DNA from: Lama guanicoe
Lineage: Eukaryota
DNA length: 64,000 nt
Assembly: GCA_013239625.1 (NCBI GenBank)
Contig: MU056029.1
Span: 806,001-870,000, forward strand
Direction: 5' to 3'
In this document: piece after piece, positions 38,624-50,735 of the stretch
Layout of the letters: every line of letters starts with the position of its first letter
How positions within the stretch are numbered: the stretch's first letter is position 1
Notes under the pieces: model-generated
The model's input: the letters and a program-made list of their open reading frames with translations, nothing else
Told to the model about the DNA's origin: nothing
Databases searched by the model: none
Translations under genes and position numbers: made by a program

Positions 38624-40211
38624 CACCATACTTTTAAAGGCATATAGACACATAATTGTACCCACTAGAAGTAGTGTTTTGTGTTGTTTGCTTTTTTTAG
38701 ACACCATTTCGCACTGTTTTTTTCACTCAATAGTATGTTTTGGGATTTGTTCATTCCATAAAAATCGACCCTATTATGTCCAACTGCTACAGTATATTCT
38801 CTAGTATGCATTGTCCATTCCATTATTGGTAGTACCTCCCAATTTTTCTTACTGTTCACAAACAATGCTCTGAAAACCACCCTTGGCCATGCCTGCTTGT
38901 CTGTGTTGGGTTTCCTTATGATCGTATGGTAGATTCACGCGGCATCAGTTTCATCCTGCCCCTGCCGTGCCTCTCGGCAGGCAAAGCACATCCCCTGTCC
39001 CATCACGTGGTGATCACCACATCCAAGTGGATGCTCTGCTCGTGGCAATTTGGTCCAGCTCTACCTGTTGCCTTGGGAACAACACATCTGAGATCAGGGC
39101 TGCTTCCCCACCTGTGGCTCTAGAATAGCAGCACACGGAGAGAGGACCAGAGCTGACCTGCAGCCCCGCCATGGGGTGACGGAGAAAGAGATGTTTATGG
39201 TTATCCCATGCTGAGATACTACATTCATTCAAAGCCATGCACAGCAGAAGCTGAAAAGCACAACTGAATTCTGAGAAGTAGAAGGGTTGAGTCATAAGTT
39301 TAAGTTGATTCCACAAATATTTTGAGATGGATATTTTGAGCCTCATGTTCTAGATTCTGGAGATGAGAGCAGTGAATAGCAGTGAAGAAAGCCAAGTTCC
39401 CACTCTCAGGTTGCTTACATTTTGTGCATATCATAAAAATTTCAAATTTTAAGAGACACTGCCAAGTTGCCCTCCTCCCTATTTATTTATAAAGAGAAAA
39501 TGAGGAAATGAAGGGTCCTTACTCTTTCCAGCTTGCTTCTCTTCTGTTCTCCAGTCGTCGAAGAAATGTTTTCACCCTGATCATGGACTCAACGAAGCTG
39601 GATTTGCACTAACCCTCGCCCTGTGGACACTGGCAGCCAGTCCAACCACTGGTACTCAACTGGCAACATCGTCTTCCAGCTTAGCTTTGCTTTGACCCCT
39701 CAGCATAAAGGGATGGCTCTGGCTTTACTCACACGCCAGGGACAAATGGGACAAATGGGATTATGGAAGGTCATGGTGACAACAGCACATAGCCCAGGAT
39801 GGGAGCAGACCTTTCTGTGGTTACATCACCAAAAGGGACCATAGAGCTGATGAGGCTCAGCATGGTGGAGAGAGTGGAGTGAGCAGAGGGAGAGCAGCTG
39901 GTCCTGGATGGTAGCGTTGGCACCTGGAGCCCATGGGTCCCACCGTGGGAGAGATGCGGGGGTAGGGGGAGGAAGGGGAGAAGAACCTGACTCCAGGGCT
40001 CAACTTCCCCAGGCAGAGTTGCACCTCAGATGTGGCAATATCCCCTTGCCATCGTCCTGAAGTCCTGGCAGCTGTGGACACAGTCTCGGTCCCTGCACAT
40101 CCCCTGAGTCACACATCGCTCGCCAGTCCTTTCTCTTCTGTTCTCTTCAACACCTAGTGTCCTTCTAAGGAGGTGGCCTTGTTCTGAAGTACTCAGTGAG
40201 GCTTCTCATGC

Positions 40212-40354
40212 CTTTTTTTTAATATTTATTTATTATTGTATTTTTTAGTAGGGGGTAATTAAGTTTATTTGTTTTTAACGGAGGTGCTGGGGATTGAACC
40301 CAGGACCTCCTGCAGGCTAAGCGTGTTCTCTACCACTTGTGCTATACCCTCCCC
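40212..40354 (-). mobile_element. camelid SINE (long-tail variant)
   Basis: GGAGGTGCTGGGGATTGAACCCAGGACC...GCTATACCCTCCCC. Confidence 0.9.
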
Positions 40355-40779
40355 AAGCTCCTGGCGTCTTGATGGACAACTGTTGTCAAAGCCTTTTTTA
40401 GAGGGACTAGGACCAGCTACCTGCCTCCGAGAAGGCACTGGTTCCCTGGAATTTCCATCCAGCCAGTCTCCTCTATTCTTAGTGCTGCCTGCCTCTGCTT
40501 TGCTGGGTCCCTCTGGGCTCCAGTCTGTTCTTGGCAACTTCCTCTAACTCCTGTCCTCCCCAAACCTAGTTTCTGTATCTGCTCTGGGGTCTGTGTCACT
40601 GAGTCCTAGTGCTTCCTCCCAGCCAGTGCCCAAGTTTGTAACCAACATGCCCACGTGCTCTTGAATTGCTTGAATACCAATGTCTTTGGAAAAATACCTA
40701 CAGGGGTCTTGCTTTTGAATCCTACTCTGGGCTTAGAAAGAGCACACCCTCCAGCAGTCAGCCGCAACCACACAGGCAC

Positions 40780-40945
40780 AGTAGCAAACATGTACACGAT
40801 GATACAATGCGTACTCTTTGCACGTACTAGTCTAAGAATTTTACATATATTTATCATCACACACCCCTATGAGTTATCTCCTTTTTAAAGGTGAGGAAAT
40901 TGAAGCACAGAGAAGTTAAACACCTAACCCAAGGTCACACAGCTA
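40780..40945 (-). mobile_element. MIR
   Basis: GTGAGGAAATTGAAGCACAGAGAAGTTAA...CCCAAGGTCACACAGCTA core. Confidence 0.85.
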
Positions 40946-42296
40946 TTCAAAAGGCATCCTTGAAAGGAAGCCAAGAAACTCCTAGGTGATACAGTTCTGG
41001 AGACAGAACTAATTTGTTTCCACCAAATGAAAGAATTTCCTAATTAACATCATTGAAGATTGCTTACAAATTTTAAAGGTGTATGAGCCCAAATGTGTTC
41101 CTACATTACCATAATTTCTGAATATATTTTCTGGAAAAGTAATTTGAATGAAGTTTACTCTCAATTTAAAAACAAAATAAAAAGATAATCTCAGTTCACA
41201 GTCTGGGCTCAACCTTGCCTTTACATGGAATATTAAGGAGGCAAATAATGCAGTGGTGAAAACTAAGGCATAAAACCACAGAATTTGCTAATTCCTTGAT
41301 TGTAAGGAGTGAGGGTGAGGTGGCAGTAGAGAATGACTCCCACGTTTCTGGTTTAGATCGAACCTCCGGTACTTGCAAGAGAGCAGGCTAATGGAAAGGC
41401 ACAGTCCCTGACTTTGGGGGTAATAAGCTGAGTGACTTGGCATTGAGTTTTGGCTCCCTGGGGACTGTGGGTGAATGCACGGTGCCGTCAGGACCGCCTG
41501 CTGCATGGACCGTGCAAGTGCTCAGTTTGAGCCCTGGGAAGTTGGGAAGTCAGGTTCCAGCCTGTTTCTAGGCCTCAGAGCTTCCCCTCTCTGCCTGTGA
41601 CCAGGGAAAGGCATCAAACATGGGACCAGCATTTTCCCACCTGTAATGTGGTGATACAGTAAGTCCTGCTTCATAGAACCAGGAATCACCAACATATGGG
41701 CCAGTGAACAGTAGAGTGAAGCTTGAGTGAGCCTTGGTAAAGCCCATGTGAACACAGCTGTAGCAGACGTAGCTGCAGCATCTCCTGGCAGCCCTCCTTG
41801 TCCCCAGAGAATCCCATAAGGCCATTGATGGATGGCCCCTTTCAAGGACACAGATGGTCCACCAAGAGAGGACTTGGTGACACTCTAGATCCCTACGTCT
41901 TAGGGCTCTCCTTAGTGAAGGGTTTTAGATTTTACTTTGTTTTAGGTAAACTGATTCTTCCAATATATATCAAAAATCTTACAAACTAGACAACAACAAA
42001 ATAACGGAGTGGAAACACCAACTCGCCTGTGTCCTCGACTTTCAGAAATAACTTCCAAAGCTGGAAAAGTGTTTTCCATGTCCGTGAGAGTGTGGACTTT
42101 GCGGTCTGCAACACCCAGCTGCGTGGGGAGGTGCTCCTGCTGCCTCAGGGTACATGATTGAAATGGGGTGGGTGGAACAGGATGAGAAATTCTCACTTGT
42201 TTCAAAATAAAACAGCAACCATCTAGAGAAATTATTTCTACAAACACATCCTACTTCTAGGCTTGGAATGCCTGACAGCCCACTTAACTATTTCGT

Positions 42297-42418
42297 TGTT
42301 GGTTTTGTTTTGGTGGGAGGGGTAGGTAATTAGATTTATTTATTTTTAGGTTCAAACTCCAGGACATTGTGCATGCTAAGCAGGTGCTCTACCACTTCAG
42401 CTATACCCGCCCCCCCCA
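42297..42418 (-). mobile_element. camelid SINE, partly deleted
   Basis: GCATGCTAAGCAGGTGCTCTACCACT.CAGCTATACCC. Confidence 0.8.
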
Positions 42419-42791
42419 AGGGTTTAAAATGAATCACAGTTTGAATTTGTTTTCACCCCGTCAGGTTGATGATTTGGCATAGAGGGAGATGGGTGTGATT
42501 GATTCAGCTCCACAGACAGAAAGCAAGATTTAAAAAAAAATGAGGCCATAATGGAAAACTAATTACAGTAGCAAGGAGAGCATCGTCTTTGCTGCAAAGG
42601 CATGTTGTCCCTTTATTTGGCCGCGCTGGAGAAATTATTAGACAAAAAGAGAAATTAAAAATGGTGGCACCCAGGGCACATTCAACTGGGGTCATTTAAG
42701 ACATATACATAACATCTTGGCTGGGAAGAGAAATTGGGGAAGACCTACCTAGTTACAGACTTCCTGTCACATCCAGAAAGTGGCAGTTTAT

Positions 42792-42908
42792 GGGGGAAGG
42801 GTATAGCTCAATTGGTAGAGTGCATGCTCAGCACACAAGAGGTCCCGGGTTCAATCCCCGGTACCTCCTCCAAGCGGAAATCAATGAAGAAACCTAATTA
42901 CCTCCCCT
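42792..42908 (+). mobile_element. camelid SINE (long-tail variant)
   Basis: GGGGGAAGGGTATAGCTCAA.TGGTAGAG...GGGTTCAATCCCCGGTACCTCC...AACCTAATTACCTCCCC. Confidence 0.9.
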
Positions 42909-45900
42909 CTGAATACAGAAAGGGGTAGCTTAGCAGTGCAGCACCGGGGCCCAGATTCCCTGATTCCTGGTCTCATTTGATTTCCAGTGACCAGGCTTTA
43001 TTTTTATTTATACTTCCTGTCCTCCAGTTCAAATGCGCAACTTCTCTGTGCAGCATCCTTTGGCCCCTCTGGCCTGGAAGTGCTCTACCCATTTCTGACT
43101 CCCATGCCTCCACCCTCTGGTAGGCTCTGGTGGTGACACTGTACTTCCTTCCATCATTTTCGCTCAGCCCATGGCTTTTTTTCTGTTGGGCCCAACCAGG
43201 TGACCAGGATGGAAGTTTACTGCTGCTTCTTGGAGATACTGGGAAAAAGGAAACAAGCCGGGCTTACTCCAGAAGGTGAGAAGTAGCATTTATTTTAAGA
43301 ATTAAAAGACCCTGCCCATTGCTCACTGGAAAAGCTGTAGCATACCGTGGCTGAGTGTAATTCCACATCAGTAAAACCGCAGGCGTCTACTCTTTCTGTT
43401 TAAAAAGTGTAATTTCCAAAAGGAGTCATCTCCTTGAGTTACTCCATTTTATGATAAGTCTACATTTAATTTTCAATAATGGAAAAGAGAAACAGAGCTC
43501 CAAATGTAAAGGGATTTTACACAATCCAGGCTGCGTTTAATTATAAATACCAGTAGGTATAACAGCAAGGCACTGAGCAGCCAGGTGGCTGTGAAATTTA
43601 GTTACCATGGCAACAGCGCAATTACAATGATGGGAGGTCATGTGACTGTTCCAGGTGGGCCTAGAAAGTCTGCAAAAGGAGGAGAATTGAATGGCCTTTA
43701 GTGACCGCTTCAGAACATAGGTAGAAAAATCATCTCTATGAGATAGGGGAGGGACTCCCTTACTTTTTTGCTGCAGGGCAGATAGAGTTGTAGAGTTGCA
43801 GTTCCATTTATTTATTTTATCGGTGAAGGAGGAGGAGTTGGCAATGACCTTTTTGTTCCAGCTTTATTGAGATAGAACTGGCATGCAACACTGTATTAGT
43901 TTCAAGTGCACAAAGTAATGATTTGCATAAGTGTGTATTGCCAAATGAGCACCACGAAAATCCTACTTAACATCCAGCACCTAACTTGGCTACAAAGTGT
44001 TTTTCTTGTGACGAGAACTTTTAAGATCCACTCTCTTAATTAATATAGTAGGCTGTTTTATTCTCCAGAAATCCATGATCAATGAACCATAACCAATATA
44101 TGAGGATCAAAACAGTGATTTTTTTTCAGAGAATATGTGTTTCCCTCAACCCCCATCACCGTGCTAACAAGTATGGAGTAAAAATAACAGTGGAATACAA
44201 CTTGGAGAGCTGCAAGAGATACTCTCTCTTTTTTTANNNNNNNNNNNNNNNNNNNNNNNNNNNNNNNNNNNNNNNNNNNNNNNNNNNNNNNNNNNNNNNN
44301 NNNNNNNNNNNNNNNNNNNNNNNNNNNNNNNNNNNNNNNNNNNNNNNNNNNNNNNNNNNNNNNNNNNNNNNNNNNNNNNNNNNNNNNNNNNNNNNNNNNN
44401 NNNNNNNNNNNNNNNNNNNNNNNNNNNNNNNNNNNNNNNNNNNNNNNNNNNNNNNNNNNNNNNNNNNNNNNNNNNNNNNNNNNNNNNNNNNNNNNNNNNN
44501 NNNNNNNNNNNNNNNNNNNNNNNNNNNNNNNNNNNNNNNNNNNNNNNNNNNNNNNNNNNNNNNNNNNNNNNNNNNNNNNNNNNNNNNNNNNNNNNNNNNN
44601 NNNNNNNNNNNNNNNNNNNNNNNNNNNNNNNNNNNNNNNNNNNNNNNNNNNNNNNNNNNNNNNNNNNNNNNNNNNNNNNNNNNNNNNNNNNNNNNNNNNN
44701 NNNNNNNNNNNNNNNNNNNNNNNNNNNNNNNNNNNNNNNNNNNNNNNNNNNNNNNNNNNNNNNNNNNNNNNNNNNNNNNNNNNNNNNNNNNNNNNNNNNN
44801 NNNNNNNNNNNNNNNNNNNNNNNNNNNNNNNNNNNNNNNNNNNNNNNNNNNNNNNNNNNNNNNNNNNNNNNNNNNNNNNNNNNNNNNNNNNNNNNNNNNN
44901 NNNNNNNNNNNNNNNNNNNNNNNNNNNNNNNNNNNNNNNNNNNNNNNNNNNNNNNNNNNNNNNNNNNNNNNNNNNNNNNNNNNNNNNNNNNNNNNNNNNN
45001 NNNNNNNNNNNNNNNNNNNNNNNNNNNNNNNNNNNNNNNNNNNNNNNNNNNNCAAGAGGTCCCGGGTTCAATCCCCGGTACCTCCTCCAAGCGGAAATCA
45101 ATGAAGAAACCTAATTACCTCCCCTCTGAATACAGAAAGGGGTAGCTTAGCAGTGCAGCACCGGGGCCCAGATTCCCTGATTCCTGGTCTCATTTGATTT
45201 CCAGTGACCAGGCTTTATTTTTATTTATACTTCCTGTCCTCCAGTTCAAATGCGCAACTTCTCTGTGCAGCATCCTTTGGCCCCTCTGGCCTGGAAGTGC
45301 TCTACCCATTTCTGACTCCCATGCCTCCACCCTCTGGTAGGCTCTGGTGGTGACACTGTACTTCCTTCCATCATTTTCGCTCAGCCCATGGCTTTTTTTC
45401 TGTTGGGCCCAACCAGGTGACCAGGATGGAAGTTTACTGCTGCTTCTTGGAGATACTGGGAAAAAGGAAACAAGCCGGGCTTACTCCAGAAGGTGAGAAG
45501 TAGCATTTATTTTAAGAATTAAAAGACCCTGCCCATTGCTCACTGGAAAAGCTGTAGCATACCGTGGCTGAGTGTAATTCCACATCAGTAAAACCGCAGG
45601 CGTCTACTCTTTTTGTTTAAAAAGTGTAATTTCCAAAAGGAGTCATCTCCTTGAGTTACTCCATTTTATGATAAGTCTACATTTAATTTTCAATAATGGA
45701 AAAGAGAAACAGAGCTCCAAATGTAAAGGGATTTTACACAATCCAGGCTGCGTTTAATTATAAATACCAGTAGGTATAACAGCAAGGCACTGAGCAGCCA
45801 GGTGGCTGTGAAACTTAGTTACCATAGCAACAGCGCAATTACAATGATGGGAGGTCATGCGACTGTTCCGGGTGGGCCTAGAAAGTCTGCAAAAGGAGGA

Positions 45901-46453
45901 GAATTGAATGGCCTTTAGTGACCGCTTCAGAACATAGGTAGAAAAATCATCTCTATGAGATAGGGGAGGGACTCCCTTACTTTTTTGCTGCAGGGCAGAT
46001 AGAGTTGTAGAGTTGCAGTTCCATTTATTTATTTTATCGGTGAAGGAGGAGGAGTTGGCAATGACCTTTTTGTTCCAGCTTTATTGAGATAGAACTGGCA
46101 TGCAACACTGTATTAGTTTCAAGTGCACAAAGTAATGATTTGCATAAGTGTGTATTGCCAAATGAGCACCACGAAAATCCTACTTAACATCCAGCACCTA
46201 ACTTGGCTACAAAGTGTTTTTCTTGTGACGAGAACTTTTAAGATCCACTCTCTTAATTAATATAGTAGGCTGTTTTATTCTCCAGAAATCCATGATCAAT
46301 GAACCATAACCAATATATGAGGATCAAAACAGTGATTTTTTTTCAGAGAATATGTGTTTCCCTCAACCCCCATCACCGTGCTAACAAGTATGGAGTAAAA
46401 ATAACAGTGGAATACAACTTGGAGAGCTGCAAGAGATACTCTCTCTTTTTTAA
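42836..46453 (+). repeat. 1401-bp direct repeat flanking an N gap (42836-44236 / 45053-46453); probable uncollapsed allelic overlap
   Basis: Offset 2217; copies end and start exactly at the gap edges; at least five substitutions. Confidence 0.9.
43601..43614. promoter_or_regulatory. RFX X-box motif (second copy at 45818-45831)
   Basis: GTTACCATGGCAAC is a near-perfect palindromic X-box; the duplicate reads GTTACCATAGCAAC. Confidence 0.5.
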
Positions 46454-46590
46454 TTAAAAAAACTGGGGGGTGGGGGCATGGTAATTAAGTTTTTGTTTAT
46501 TTATTTATCTTTAATGGAGGTGCTGGGGATTGAACCCAGGACCTTGTGCACGCTAAGCACACACTCTACCACTGAGCTCTACCCTCCCTA
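46447..46590 (-). mobile_element. camelid SINE (long-tail variant)
   Basis: Antisense SINE body and tail. Confidence 0.9.
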
Positions 46591-49257
46591 CCAGGAGACA
46601 CAGTGATTTTGGGGAATTTGAGTCTTCTAAGGAATTGGTCTACATCACATCAGTTTTCAAATTTAAGGCCACAATGCTGATTGTGGTATTCTGTTGTTAT
46701 TTCTTTAATGTCTGTGGGAGTGATGTTGATGCTGCCTGCTTGAGTCATGATATTGCTAACTTGTTTTTTCTTTATGAGCCCCGCTAGAGGTGTACCAATT
46801 GTACTGACCCCCTTTGAGAACAAGCTCTCTATTTTTGTTTCTGTTTTTTTTTCTGTTCTGTTTTCAATTGTATTGACTTGCTCTAATTTGTACTGTTTCA
46901 TTATGTCTGCTTGCTTTAGCTTTAATTGTCTCTTTCCTTGTCTTTTTGTGGCCTGATAGCTCAGTTATATTTAATCACTAAATAATATTCTGTTGTATGG
47001 ATATGCCACAGTTTATCCATTCACCTAGTTAAGGACATCTTGGTTGCTTCTAATTCTCAGCAATTATGAATAAAGTTGTTAAAAACATCCATGTGCAGGC
47101 TTTTGTGCAGACATAAGTTTTTAACTCACTTGGAGTTAAATATACCTAGGAGAGCAATTGCTGGATCATATGGTAAGCATATGTTTGATTTTGTAAAAAC
47201 ACTGCCAAACCATTTTGCATTTCCACCAGCGGTGAATGGGAGCATTTGTTACCGTACATTCTTGTCAGCATTTAGTATTGTCAATGTTTTGAATTTCAGC
47301 ACTCTAATAGGTATACAGTGTTATCTCTTTGTTATTTTAATTTGCAATCTCTGGTGACTTATGATGCTGGGCATCTTTGCATGTGTTTCTTTGTCATCTG
47401 TGCATCTTCTCTGGTGAGACGTCTGTTCAGATCTTCCCCTCATTTTAAAAATTGGGTTGTTTTCTTATTGTTGAGATTTAAGAGTTTTTCATCTACTTTG
47501 GATACCAGTCCTTTATTGGATGGGCATTTTGCAAATATTTTCTCCAAATCTGAGGCTTGTCATTTTACTCTTTGAACAATGTTTTTTGCAGATCAGTTTT
47601 TCATCTTAATGAAATCTAACTCGTGGGTTTTTTTCTTTTGTGGATTATGCTTTTGGTGTTGTATCTAAAAAGTCATCACCATAAGTAGATACATACATAC
47701 ATACATAAAAAATAAAAAGTCATCACCATAAATAAGTAAATACATAAAAAAATTAAAAATCATCACCAGTCCCAAGGTCACCTAGATTTTCTCCTCTGTT
47801 ATCTTCTCAGAATTTAATAGTTTTGTGTTTTACATTTAGGTCTATGATCTATTTTAAGTTAATCTTTGTGTAAGGTTTGTGTGTAGATTTTTTTGCACGT
47901 GCTTGTCTATTTGTTGAAAAGATTATACTTCCTCTATTAAATTGCCTGTGCTCGTTTTCAAAGACCATATTTATGCAAGTCTTTTTCTCGGCTCTCCATT
48001 CTGTTTCATTGATCTACTCACCTGCTCTTTCACTAAGACGCACCATCTTGATTACTGTAGCTTTGCAGTAAGTCTTGACGTTGGGTAACGTCAATGCGCT
48101 CTTAAGTTGTTCTCCTCCAATAATGTGTTGCCTATCCTGGGTCTTTGCCTTTCCATGTAAACTGTAGAACCTGCTTGTCGGTGCCCACAAAATAACTTGC
48201 TGGGATTTAGGAGACGATTGCATTGAATCTATAGATCATGTTAGGAAGAACTGACATTTGACAATATTGACTTTTCCCTTTCATGCACGTGAAATATCTC
48301 TATTTATTTCAATTTTTTAAATGTGTTTCAGTAGAGTTTTGTAGTTTTCTTCATAGAAATCTTGTATATTTACTTATAAATCTTGTACATATTTTGCTAG
48401 CTTTATATCTATTTCTTTTGGGGGGAAGGTTGCCAAAGTGAATTGTATTATGTTTTAAATTTCCAACTAATTGTTCATTGCTGGAATGTAAGAAAACAAT
48501 TGCCTTTTGTATGTTAACCTCATATCCTACAATCTTTCTGTAATCTCTTTCTAGTTCCAGGAATTTTTCTGATGTTGACACTTCAGGGTTTTATGTATAG
48601 ACAATTATGTCATCTGTGAACAAATAGTTCTATTTCTTTTTTTGCAACCCTTTTCTTGTCTTATTGCATTAGCTAGCTTTTCCAATATGATGTTGAATAG
48701 GAGAGGTGAGAAGAGATACCCTTGCCTTGTTTCTGATCTTAGTAAGAAATCATCTAGTTTCTCACCATTGAGTATGACATTAGCTGTAGAATTTATAGAT
48801 GTACTTTTTACATTTGAGAAAATTCCCCTCTCTTCCTAGTTTGCTGAGAGTTTTTGTCATGAATGGGTGTTGGATTTTATCAGATGTTTTTTTGTGTGTC
48901 TATTGACATGATCATATTATCTCTGCTGATGCAATGGATGACATTTACTGTTTTCCAAATGTTGAAATGTTGAAAATATTGCATATCTGGGGGGAAAAAA
49001 ATCCCATATGGCCATTACATATAATTCTTTTAAACATTATTGAGTCCAGTTTACTAACAAATTTTTTTTTAGGATTTTGCTTTTCATTCTCTTTTATTTC
49101 AAAATATGATGTTAAATTTCTCTTGAGACTTCCTTTTGACCTATGTTTTATTTTTAAGCATTTTTTTTAATTTCTAAGAATTGAGATTTTTCAGATATCT
49201 TTTTAAATTGATTTCCAGTTTAATTTTCTTATGGTTCAAAAAATACTTTGTATGATT

Positions 49258-49401
49258 CTTTTTTCTTCACCCTGGGGCCAGTTCAGCTGTGGGGCTTGGA
49301 GGGCTGTGTGCTATGGAGGCCTACTCCCATGTGGGGCTGAGTCCCAAGGCCCCCGATGCTACTGCCACCCCACTCACAGGGCTCAACTTGGCCACCCTGC
49401 C
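49258..49401 (-). pseudogene. TSD-flanked retroposed fragment of GC-rich non-repeat sequence
   Basis: GC-rich island inside AT-rich L1; TSD TGTATGATT at 49249-49257 and 49402-49410; minus strand ends GAAGAAAAAAG. Confidence 0.6.
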
Positions 49402-49884
49402 TGTATGATTTATAGTCTTTTAAATTTGTTAAGTTTTTTTGTGTGTGTTTTAGTAAATGTTTCATGTGTCTCCTGGTACTATTGAGTAGATCATTTTATA
49501 ATGTCAGTTAGGTCGAGTAGATTGGTAGTGTTTCTGTCATCTGTATATAACCCTACTGGTTTTCTGTCTACTTGTCTTATTAGTTACTGAGAGAGGAGTA
49601 TTGAAATATCCAGCTATAACTGTAGATTTGTCTATTCTTGTTTTCAAATCTACACCAGCTTTTAATTTCGTATAATTTTTAGCTCTCCTGCTAAGTCATT
49701 TTACATTCCTTCATTCTTAAAGGATAATACTAAAATATACTGATAATTCTGGGCTGACAGATTATTTTTCTTCTAGCACTTTAAACTTGAAACAACATAT
49801 CACTCCATTTTTTTTTTCTTGGTTGTATGATTCCTGATAAGAAGATGATCATAATTCTTAGCCTTGATTTCTTTTAGATTATCA

Positions 49885-49886
<2 letters not shown>

Positions 49887-49919
<33 letters not shown>

Positions 49920-49926
49920 TGTGTGC
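49887..49926 (+). repeat. (GT)n microsatellite
   Basis: Direct reading. Confidence 0.95.
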
Positions 49927-50409
49927 ACGCAGGCACTTGTGTGTGTTTTTCTCCAATGTTTTGGTATCTATCACTAACTTTAGAGAATTCTCAGCCATTA
50001 TATTTTTCAATAATTTCTGCTTCTCCAAAATCTTCTTAGGATTTCCAATTTTTTGTGATGTCACCCAGCTCTTGTATTCTCTGTTCTGTTTTTTGTTGGG
50101 TCTTAGGGAGTTTTTTGGTTGCTCATTATTCATTTTGCTTCTTTTTTCTCTCTTTGCCTTTAGCTTAGGTAATTTTCATTGTACTATCTCTAAGTTTCTG
50201 ATTCTTTGCTCAGCTGTGTTGAGTATGATGATAAGCCTATTGAAGGCATTCTTAATATCTGTAGCTTATTTTTATCCTTTTCATATTTCCTTATTTTCCT
50301 GAAAAACTCTTGGCTCTTACATGTTCTCTACTTTTTTCATGAATCGTATTTATTGTAAATTCCCTATCTGATAGTTCCTACATCTGTGTTACATATGGAT
50401 TTGACTCAA

Positions 50410-50735
50410 AAGCAGAACCTTGAAGAGATACTTACACAATTATGTTCATAACAACATTATTCATGGTAGCCAAGAGGTGGAAGCAACCCAGATGTCTATC
50501 AATGGATGAATAGGTCAAGAAATTGTGGTATATTCATACAACAGAATACTATGCAATCTTAAAAAGAGAAAGAAATCATATCATATGCTGCAACATGGAT
50601 AACCTTGAAGACATTATGTGAAGTGAAATAAGCCAGTCACAAAAAGACAAATACTGTTTCATTCTACTTGTATGAGGTACCTAAAGTAGTCATTTTCATA
50701 GATACAGAAAGTAGAATCTTGGTTACCAGGGACCG
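50410..50735 (+). mobile_element. L1MB-like 3' fragment
   Basis: GGTGGAAGCAACCCAGATGTCTATCAATGGATGAAT...AAGTGAAATAAGCCAGTCACAAAAAGACAAATACTG. Confidence 0.85.

Larger units (their letters stand above)
46600..50400 (-). mobile_element. Nested old L1M remnants (3'UTR, ORF2 and ORF1 pieces)
   Basis: Minus-strand peptides LTLPNVKTYCKATVIK, GYEVNIQKAIVFL and KNIMAENSLKL. Confidence 0.85.

Noticed and set aside
43200..43275. Plus-strand AG...GTGAGA bounded 76-bp segment
   Set aside because: Isolated, peptides unrecognised, no compatible partner exon found
44079..45104. 273-340 aa ORFs
   Set aside because: Almost entirely X residues from the assembly gap
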